NCBI GenBank assembly: GCA_963736855.1
Contig: CAVTQK010000021.1
Span: 32,001-96,000 of the forward strand
DNA from: an uncultured delta proteobacterium
Lineage (GTDB): Bacteria; Desulfobacterota; Desulfobacteria; Desulfobacterales; UBA2156
Reading direction: 5' to 3'
Length of the DNA: 64,000 nt
This document shows, piece after piece, positions 48,635 through 56,530 of this stretch. Each line of letters opens with the position of its first letter. The first letter of the stretch is position 1. A model generated the notes under the pieces. The model searched no databases and had not been told where the DNA came from. It saw only the letters and a program-made list of their open reading frames with translations. The translations under genes were made by a program, and so were the position numbers.

Positions 48635-48972
48635 ATATGACCGCAAGCTGTTTTCCGAATTAAGCCACTGCGGGTGGGAAAGTGTGAAGTGCTATTTTAG
48701 TACACCTCCCGTGGCAGATGCAAAAAAGCCGGGATCGATGAAATCCTCCTCTGCATGCTCCAATCGGAGTTGACCGATGCTCAGTTCCGGAAAAACTGGT
48801 CGTGCCTGATCCAAAAGATTTACCCGGTTGAATTTCCCGAAAGGAACCCTATTCAACCGGGTGAATGAGGTCGATCTCCTGATCTGTCCCAAGTGCCGGG
48901 GAAAAATGCGGGTGTTTGAGTTTATTGAAGATCCGGATGCGTTTGAAAAAATACTCAGACACTTGAACTTAT
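48635..48972 (+). pseudogene. IS91-family transposase remnant (internally deleted, C-terminal part)
   Basis: YDRKLFSELSHCGWESVK, then RKNWSCLIQKIY / EVDLLICPKCRGKMRVFEFIEDPDAFEKILRHL. Confidence 0.78.
48819..48865. repeat. Short palindromic element inserted in the IS91 remnant
   Basis: TTTACCCGGTTGAAT...ATTCAACCGGGTGAA arms (one G-T pair) with an inner TTCC/GGAA hairpin. Confidence 0.75.
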
Positions 48973-49090
48973 CTCTGATTATCAACCGGAGTTTTTGCCA
49001 TCACAGTTTATGTCATTTTTAAACAGTACAACTGATATTCATAATATTGAAGCTGGTTGAAATTGGATTTTTCTGGTTGTTTCACATGGC

Positions 49091-49591
49091 TCATCGCCAA
49101 ATAGCGAGTTTCAAATCATAGCTCGGTTCGTCATGAAATGCGATGTACGGAATCGCTCCTTGAAACAGCGCAATGGAGGTTCCCCATCCCACATCCGGTA
49201 AGTCTGCAACCTTTTGAATTATCCAAGCACTTCCATTCCAATATGCGTATTTGAGTATCTTCTCGCTTTCGCTGTTATAGCTGATATGGGGATGGTCGGC
49301 TCCGTCCAAAACCAACGAAGTGTCCCATCCGACATCCATTGCACTGTCCACGACCGAGATGCTCCACATCGATCCCGTCCAAGCGGCATATCTTAAATCT
49401 CCGTTAATGCTGTCGTAATAGCTGATGTGCGGATTTCCCGCGGCATCCAGCGCCAGTGAAGGATTGTCACCGACATCCCCTTCGGTCTCGATGGTGAGAG
49501 TGTCTTAAGCGCCGAACGCTTCAGACCCATTTCCGGAAAGAGACAAAATTAAAAAGGGGATCATATAAATCAGATTCGGCCATTTTTTCAT
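49091..49591 (-). pseudogene. Secreted beta-repeat protein with in-frame TAA at codon 29
   Basis: AAGGAG RBS, MKKW signal peptide, TAA at 49505-49507, then three DVGxxxSLxLxxxxxPHISY..L.YA.W repeats in the same frame. Confidence 0.75.
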
Positions 49592-49612
49592 TTTGCCGCT
49601 CCTTTGATGTGT

Positions 49613-50482
49613 TTAGGGTGCCGTCGGAAGCCAGGCTAAAAATTCAGCTTCGAACTGATCAATGGATTTTCCGGACACCGTCTCGAAAGCGACCGAAAAA
49701 GGGTTTCCCTGGCCGATTTGAATGAGCATCGATTGCATCACAGGCATCCCAACGCCGGTGACCATGTATTCCATAGCCGCTGCAGTCTGGTAATAAATGT
49801 AGTGGACATAAGGGGTTTGCATCCATTGCTGCCACTGTGCTTCTGTGGTGAGTTGGTTCAAGGAAATATAAGTGCCCGACTGCAAGGCCTCTTTCGTGGC
49901 TTTTCGGTAATAAGACCTCAATGAAGCGGCGTCGGCGGGGGAGATGCTCGACAGCGTTCGAATCCCTTCCTCCGTCGCTAATCCTTCATCAAACCACTTG
50001 TAGTTGACCTGCGAATTCAAGCCGGCGATCTGTTCAATGATGCGATGGCTGTACTCATGGCCGATGAAGTCGGCGCCCCGACCCGGCGGCACCCACATTT
50101 CATAATCGGCGTTCATCCGGGGAATCACGCGATAGGTGCGGATCCATTCGGGATAACCCCAATAATCCACGAGGTCATTGGAGAGGTCTTCCATGGATCT
50201 GTAGACATAGATCCGCGGTCGGATATTCGGATAGGCCAAGTCCGTCCCAACAATTGCATGCGCAACGTCGAAAAAGGTCCCGATTTCCAATACCCTCTGC
50301 GATGGGACGCCGTCCTGAAAATAGACGGTGGTATGGGAGGAGTCAAAAATCCCGAATCCCGGCCGCTGATCAATACTAGCTTCTACGGAAATCAAGGATG
50401 CGGGATACTCCGCATAAACCCGAACGCTTAGAAACAAAAGAATCACGGCAGATAAAACGGTCTTGAGTGGTCGCGTCTTCAT
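49613..50482 (-). CDS. Secreted zinc metallopeptidase (gluzincin/MA-like)
   Basis: Signal peptide, HEYSH and WFDEG motifs. Confidence 0.8.
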   Translation of the reverse strand: MKTRPLKTVLSAVILLFLSVRVYAEYPASLISVEASIDQRPGFGIFDSSHTTVYFQDGVPSQRVLEIGTFFDVAHAIVGTDLAYPNIRPRIYVYRSMEDLSNDLVDYWGYPEWIRTYRVIPRMNADYEMWVPPGRGADFIGHEYSHRIIEQIAGLNSQVNYKWFDEGLATEEGIRTLSSISPADAASLRSYYRKATKEALQSGTYISLNQLTTEAQWQQWMQTPYVHYIYYQTAAAMEYMVTGVGMPVMQSMLIQIGQGNPFSVAFETVSGKSIDQFEAEFLAWLPTAP

Positions 50483-50769
50483 CTTTCCATTTCACCTGAA
50501 GAAGATAAAACGTCCAATTTCAGGAAACGCTTTTGAATTCAACATGAAAAATGAATTGAGTGTTCGAGTCGACGCACAATGTTTTTGCGACTCAAATAAG
50601 TTGAAGTCAGGGCCTCAATGCTAAAACGAGCTTCAATAAAGGGTGAACACTTGATACTGATAAATTTGGGTAATTGTCAAGAACATTAGAGATTGATTGA
50701 TTTTTAATTGCCATTGATTAAAATTTTTGAGAAAAGGTTTTATCAGATTCTTTTTAAGGAGATGACCTC

Positions 50770-53700
50770 ATGAGACCCAGTAACGAGATCGACACCCTGC
50801 GTCGGCAACTCCCCTACCACAAGCTGCGACAAGTCAAAAAGGAGCGGATCATCCCCATCGACTGGCAGACCGAATGGGAACGCTTCGACGCGGCAGAACT
50901 CTTTAATTACGACTTGAGCACCATTCCGGAGAAACTCCTGGAGAACATGCGCAAACGCCAGGATGTTTTGATGGACGGCAACCAGGCGGCCCTGTCAGTC
51001 CTGACCCGGGTAGTGGATGGGCTCTGCGGCTATCCTATCACCCCCTCCACCCCCATCGCCGAAAACTTCGCCCGGGTGGCGGCCAACGGCCAGAAGAACC
51101 TGTTCGACCATGAGCTCATGTATTTCCAGCCTTCCGACGAGCTCTCGGCCATTGCCGCGGTGGAGGCCATGGCCTGCCAGGGTGGGCGCTATGTGGACAA
51201 CACCTCTTCCCAGGGCCTGGTCCTCAAGACCAAGAATCTCTTCTCCGTAGCCGGCAAGCGCCTGCCGGTGATCATGACGGTGATGGCCCGGGAGGTCAAC
51301 AAGGGGTCGCTGTCCATCCACTGCGGCCACACCGATTTTTACGCGGTGCGCAACGCCGGCTGGGCTCAACTGGTCTCCGAAGACAACCAAGAGCTGCACG
51401 ACCTGCTGCCCATCGCCTTCAAGGTCTCTGAGCTGCGACAGGTGATGCTGCCCACCATGGTCATCGGAGACGGCTTCATCAAGAGCCACGCCATCGAAAA
51501 CCTCAAGGAACTCTCGAACGCCTTCCTGGAGTATTTTGTCGGGCCGCCCAGCCGCCTCTACCAGCCCAACTTCGAGCACGGCACTCTGACAGGCACCTTC
51601 ACCGACACCGACCTGACCATGGAGGGCCAAGTGGCCCAGGATCTGGCCTACCGCTTCTTCAGACGAGGCTTCGTCGTCGCCATGAACGCCATGAACAAGA
51701 CCCTGGGCACCAACCTCAAGGTGGTGGAGTGCTACCGCACCGAAGACGCCGATATGGTTGTGGTCATCCTGGGCTCCGCCGCCGGCGTGGTCAAGGACGT
51801 GGTGGACTATTACCGGGACGTCAAGGGCTACAAGATCGGGGTGGTGCGGCCGGTGCTCTTCAATCCGCCCTGCTATGAAGAGCTGGCCTACGGCATGCGC
51901 AAGGCCAAGGTGATCAGCGTCCTGGAACGTGCCGGCACGGCCCACAACCAGTTGCTGCTGGCGGACGTACAGGCGTCTCTGCAGATCTCCCTGCGGGCCG
52001 GCCGGGAAGGTAAAAAGGAGCACCGGATTTACGGCCGCACCGACATGCCCACCCTGTTCCACGGGGTCTACGGCCTGGGAAGCAAGGACTTCAACAAGTA
52101 CGACGCCGCCGCGGTGGTGGAGAACATGTTGTCCTTTTATGAGAAGAAGCGTCGCTTCTTCCGGGATTTTTACGTGGGTATCGAAGGGCCCTTGACCCTC
52201 CGGCCTGCGCCCTTGTCGGGCTACCTGGAGCGGGAAATGGGTATGACCTTCATAGGAGTGGGCGCTGAAGGCGTCAAGACCGCCCTGGAAACCGCCGCCC
52301 TGGTCTATGCTCAGGACAGCGGCACCGGCCGCAAATACATCCAGTCCGGGGCCCGCTACGGCGCCGCCCGCAAGGGTGCCCCTGTCTTCATGAACCTTAG
52401 GATCTCATCCCAGCCCATCCGCAACAGCTCGGAACTCACCGAACGGGACGTGCTGGCCTTTTTCAACGAGAAATTTCTAAGCGACCAGATCTTGAGGGAA
52501 TATGTAGGAGGCCTGAAGGAAAATAGCCTTCTGGTGATCAATACTGACAAGAGCTATCACGATATCATGGCCACTTTCCCGGCCCAGGTACAGGCCTTGA
52601 TCAAGTACCGGCGCATCAAGCTCATGACTCTGGAGGGCACCCAGGCGGCCATGAAACACCTGAACAAGAACCTCCCCGGGGCCGCGATCCTGGGCCTGAT
52701 CAACAAGGAGACCGGCATCCTCTCGGAGCGGGAGTTTGAGCAACGGTTCAAGAAGATTCTGGAGAAGAAGCTGGGTACCAAGAAGAAGGAGATGCTGGAG
52801 GCCAACGTCTCCCTGCTGAAATACGGCGTGGATCAATCATCCGGTCATGTGGCTGAAAAGGCCCCCGGGGCCCTGGCCCTGGATGCAGCCACCCCGGTTT
52901 ACACCCCGCCGCTGCCGGAGAACTTCGGCCAGGGTCCCAGGACCGCGGGGCTGCCGGTGCTCCTGACGGAAAAGGATCAGATGGGCACCATCAAGCCGGT
53001 GAATCTGATCCCCCAGTACCAGGAAGTTTTCTACGAAGAAATGGTCAAACCCATCCTGGAAGGCAGGAGAGTTCCCTGGGACCGCTTCCTGCCCATTGTC
53101 CCGGCAGGCACCAGCCGCTACCGGGACATGAGCTATATCGGCGCCCAGTTGCCGGTCTATGATGCCTCCAAGTGCATCGCCTGCGGCCTCTGCACCGCCT
53201 CCTGCCCTGATTCGGCCCTGATCTCCACCATCACCGACCGACCGGTGGACAGTGCGGCGCGTTACTTTAAAAAATTTAAAAAACCGCCCAAGGGTATTCC
53301 CTGGGAGCGCTTTGCCCTAAACCTTAACGCCGATCCCAGCGCCTGCAAGGGCTGCGGCGTCTGCGCCCAGGTCTGCCCCACCGACGCCCTGAAGATGATG
53401 CCCAAGAATGAATTAAAAGACGAGGATTTCCTGCCGGAAGAATGCCGGGCCTGGGACAATACCGTTGGTGCCGCCCCTTACGTGGGGCAGATGTCCCTCA
53501 ACCACCAGGTACTCTTTGTCTTTTCCAAGCTCTACCCCGGCAAACACACCCTGTGTCCGGGCTGTAGCGAGGGGGTCATCAACCTGCTGACCTTCTTCGC
53601 CGCCGAGTCCCTGCGCAACAACCCCCAGGGGATCGCCACCTTCTACCAGGGCATCAAGATCCTCTCGGACCGGAACAAGCGGGCCATCGAGCACATGCTG

Positions 53701-54645
53701 GACCACGGCTTCAACATTTATACCATCAACGCCACGGGCTGCGACCAGGTCTCGGAACTGGTCAACCCCTTCAACACCCGGATTTACCCGGCAGGCCACT
53801 ATGGCTTCGGAACCGCCTCGGCCGCGGCCCTGGGGGCCAAGTTCAACCTGGACCAGGCCCATCAGAACTCCTACAATAGCGTGCTCACCAAGATCATCGT
53901 CTTCGCCGGTGACGGGGCTATATACGACATCGGCAACGGCCCATTCAATCACGCCCTGGGGGAAAACTACGACATCACCTGGGTGATCCTTAACAATGAA
54001 GGTTACATGAACACCGGTATGCAGAAGTCCGGGGCCACCCGCTTCGGCTGCGACCGGTCCACCTCACCCATCGGCAAGAAATACGCCGGCAAAACTACTC
54101 TGCACCGGAGAATCATCAGCCAGGCCATGGCTATCTCGCACGTCTACGCTACCAAGCTGTCCATTGACAACCCTTTCTACGCCATCAAGATTCTCAAGGA
54201 GGCCATCGCCTATAACGGCCCGTCCCTAGTGGAGTTCTTCTCTACCTGCCCCACGGGGCACATCACCCATGACTGGGCCGGGCCGCTCATCTCCCGGATG
54301 ATGGTGGAGTCGCGGAAATGGCAGGTGGCGGTGCGGAGACCCTTCCAGCGCATCGACATTTCAGCCAACCCGTCCCCGGATGAAATTTATCCCAAGGAGG
54401 GCAAGTCCTTTAAACGGGGAGTCAAGCGGGACGCCGCCACCTTCTACGACGTGGTCAGCATGTTGGGCCAGTACAACCCGCACATCAAGGCGGTGAAGAG
54501 CGGGGACATCCCGGAGATCGTCCGGATCAATGAAACCGTCAGCCTCTTCCGCTGGCTGCGGAACCAGTACATGGCCGGATACCGGGACACCATGCCCACC
54601 GAGGAAGAGGTGGAACGCATCGTGGAAGAGCGGTATAAGCTGTAA
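50770..54645 (+). CDS. Single-chain 2-oxoacid (pyruvate-type):ferredoxin oxidoreductase
   Basis: GYPITPS, TSSQGL, YGLGSKD, two CxxCxxCxxxCP motifs, CPGC, ATGC, GDG..NNEGYMNTG. Confidence 0.9.
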   Translation: MRPSNEIDTLRRQLPYHKLRQVKKERIIPIDWQTEWERFDAAELFNYDLSTIPEKLLENMRKRQDVLMDGNQAALSVLTRVVDGLCGYPITPSTPIAENFARVAANGQKNLFDHELMYFQPSDELSAIAAVEAMACQGGRYVDNTSSQGLVLKTKNLFSVAGKRLPVIMTVMAREVNKGSLSIHCGHTDFYAVRNAGWAQLVSEDNQELHDLLPIAFKVSELRQVMLPTMVIGDGFIKSHAIENLKELSNAFLEYFVGPPSRLYQPNFEHGTLTGTFTDTDLTMEGQVAQDLAYRFFRRGFVVAMNAMNKTLGTNLKVVECYRTEDADMVVVILGSAAGVVKDVVDYYRDVKGYKIGVVRPVLFNPPCYEELAYGMRKAKVISVLERAGTAHNQLLLADVQASLQISLRAGREGKKEHRIYGRTDMPTLFHGVYGLGSKDFNKYDAAAVVENMLSFYEKKRRFFRDFYVGIEGPLTLRPAPLSGYLEREMGMTFIGVGAEGVKTALETAALVYAQDSGTGRKYIQSGARYGAARKGAPVFMNLRISSQPIRNSSELTERDVLAFFNEKFLSDQILREYVGGLKENSLLVINTDKSYHDIMATFPAQVQALIKYRRIKLMTLEGTQAAMKHLNKNLPGAAILGLINKETGILSEREFEQRFKKILEKKLGTKKKEMLEANVSLLKYGVDQSSGHVAEKAPGALALDAATPVYTPPLPENFGQGPRTAGLPVLLTEKDQMGTIKPVNLIPQYQEVFYEEMVKPILEGRRVPWDRFLPIVPAGTSRYRDMSYIGAQLPVYDASKCIACGLCTASCPDSALISTITDRPVDSAARYFKKFKKPPKGIPWERFALNLNADPSACKGCGVCAQVCPTDALKMMPKNELKDEDFLPEECRAWDNTVGAAPYVGQMSLNHQVLFVFSKLYPGKHTLCPGCSEGVINLLTFFAAESLRNNPQGIATFYQGIKILSDRNKRAIEHMLDHGFNIYTINATGCDQVSELVNPFNTRIYPAGHYGFGTASAAALGAKFNLDQAHQNSYNSVLTKIIVFAGDGAIYDIGNGPFNHALGENYDITWVILNNEGYMNTGMQKSGATRFGCDRSTSPIGKKYAGKTTLHRRIISQAMAISHVYATKLSIDNPFYAIKILKEAIAYNGPSLVEFFSTCPTGHITHDWAGPLISRMMVESRKWQVAVRRPFQRIDISANPSPDEIYPKEGKSFKRGVKRDAATFYDVVSMLGQYNPHIKAVKSGDIPEIVRINETVSLFRWLRNQYMAGYRDTMPTEEEVERIVEERYKL

Positions 54646-54690
54646 GTTTTGAAACCGCCGAATTTCAGGTCGGTCAGTTCCTACGAGAAT

Positions 54691-55689
54691 TCAGGATTCA
54701 AGAGACGCTCGACAGTGAGTGGATCGCAAGAAATCGATTACATGTTTTAGAATCGTATCGAGATCCGTTTTCGGCTCGAACCCTACGGAACGTTTGATTT
54801 TTTCGATTCCCGGGACCCGGCGCTGCATGTCCTCGAAGTCTTTTTCAAAGGCGTCTTCATAGGGGATCAAAGTGATGGGGGAGAGTGATCCGGTGGCCTG
54901 AATGATTCTTTTTGCAAGGTCCAGGATGGTGATCTCCTCCGTACCCCCAATGTTGAACACTTCTCCCAGTGCAGCCTCACTGTCCATCAGGGCCATCAAG
55001 GCCTGGACAACGTCCTTGACATACGTAAACGTCCGGGACTGCTTTCCGTCCCCATAAACCGTCAAGGGCTCATTTTTAAGAGCCTGGGAGACGAATCTGG
55101 GGATAACCATTCCATAGGCTCCGGTCTGCCTGGGGCCCACCGTGTTAAATAACCGGGCGATGATTACGGGCAACCTGTTGGTTCGATAGTAGGCCAGGGC
55201 GGTGAATTCGTCCATAAGTTTTGTGGCGGCGTAGCTCCATCGGAATTTGCTGCTCGGCCCGTAGATGATATTGTCCGATTCCACCAAGGGGGCGTGCAAA
55301 TGTTTCCCGTAGACCTCCGACGAAGATGCGATGAGGACTTTTTTCTTAAACTTGGAACAGATATCCAAGACCATTTCCGTGCCCTGGATATTGGTCCGGA
55401 TCGATTCAAGGGGGTGCTCGAGGATATATCGTACCCCCACGGCGGCTGCCAGATGAAAGACGACATCACAAGTTCCGGTCAGTTCCAGAAGGGCGTCCCG
55501 ATTCAGGATAGACTCGATACATACGAAGAAACGACCCTGGTAGTGGGAATTCTTTTCGAATTCTCGGATATTATCAAGGGAGCCGGTGGACAGGTCATCG
55601 ATGATATAGACGTCATCCCCCCTTTCCAGGCAGGCTTCCGCAAGATGAGAACCAATAAAACCGGCACCTCCGGTGATCAAGATACGCAT
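54691..55689 (-). CDS. NAD-dependent nucleotide-sugar epimerase/dehydratase
   Basis: TGGAGFIGSH, SSSEVYG, YAATK, FNTVGPRQ motifs. Confidence 0.92.
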   Translation of the reverse strand: MRILITGGAGFIGSHLAEACLERGDDVYIIDDLSTGSLDNIREFEKNSHYQGRFFVCIESILNRDALLELTGTCDVVFHLAAAVGVRYILEHPLESIRTNIQGTEMVLDICSKFKKKVLIASSSEVYGKHLHAPLVESDNIIYGPSSKFRWSYAATKLMDEFTALAYYRTNRLPVIIARLFNTVGPRQTGAYGMVIPRFVSQALKNEPLTVYGDGKQSRTFTYVKDVVQALMALMDSEAALGEVFNIGGTEEITILDLAKRIIQATGSLSPITLIPYEDAFEKDFEDMQRRVPGIEKIKRSVGFEPKTDLDTILKHVIDFLRSTHCRASLES

Positions 55690-55788
55690 GGAAAAATCCT
55701 TTATGATGCAGTTTGACCCAATTCTTTCGGATGCCGTTTCATAACGCAATCCGAAAGCTTAGGCAACCTCAAACTCCTGGGATAGTTG

Positions 55789-56050
55789 ACCCTGTTGTTG
55801 CAAAAGCCGAGGATGTCCCAGATCCAAGGCGTCCAAGGGCGAAGCCGTAGTATTTTACTGCGAGCCCTTGGCAACGAAGGAGATGGGGCATCTTCGGCTT
55901 TCCCTCCGGGTAAAAAACATGACAAATTTCTTCTTCGTTTTAGAAGTCACTAAAAGTCTATTCGCGAACCATGCCTAAACGTATTCAAATGCCCTGTTAT
56001 CATTCTTTTTTTCTACACCTTGTCATGTTTTTTTAATGCAACTGCAGGGT
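55789..56050 (+). mobile_element. ~262 bp structured repeat, divergent third member
   Basis: Terminal IR ACCCTGTTGTTGCA/TGCAACTGCAGGGT; shares the AGAT.CAAGGCGTCC...CGAAG.CGTA...CGAG...GGCAACG.AG.AGATG core, CCCnnnGGG linker and second arm with copies 1-2. Confidence 0.7.
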
Positions 56051-56078
56051 TGACACGAAACCGGATTCCCCTTATTGT
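56050..56078 (+). promoter_or_regulatory. Candidate sigma70 promoter
   Basis: TTGACA-17 nt-TATTGT upstream of the small Cys-rich gene and iorAB. Confidence 0.45.
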
Positions 56079-56257
56079 TCTTTCCAAGGCAAGGGGACGC
56101 GGCCAATATGGGGTCATATCGGCTGTTAAGAAAAGCATTTCGCTTAACCCCCCGAACCGTTGAGCCCTTGAACTACCTATTTTTAAATCCGTCACTCTCT
56201 GAAAGATGGGCACTTCTGGTCATAAGAGCATGCCATTTGGAAGAAAGGAATAAAAAC

Positions 56258-56464
56258 ATGAGCGAAAAGGTAACCTATATGTGTAAATCTTGTGGGGGAA
56301 AAAAAGAAGTCGACACCGCATCCGAAGGCGGTCCCGAATGCTGCAACACCCCCATGGAAAAAATGCCCCCTATGAATAGCTGTACGGTCTCAAGCACTGC
56401 CGAACACTCTCGGTTCGACGAAACGGATGAACCGTGCGACGATGGCCGGTCCGGCAAGATCTGA
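56258..56464 (+). CDS. Small desulforedoxin-like Cys-rich protein (68 aa)
   Basis: AAGGA RBS; YMCKSC-x15-CCNTPM plus an acidic tail with two more Cys and a His. Confidence 0.75.
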   Translation: MSEKVTYMCKSCGGKKEVDTASEGGPECCNTPMEKMPPMNSCTVSSTAEHSRFDETDEPCDDGRSGKI

Positions 56465-56530
56465 CCCGCCACAGCATGAAGGGGAATCCATTCGCCGTTG
56501 CGGTTCAAACAACACATTGAGGGAAATGAT

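Noticed and set aside
49505..49507. In-frame stop as possible selenocysteine/pyrrolysine recoding
   Set aside because: The codon is TAA, not TGA or TAG
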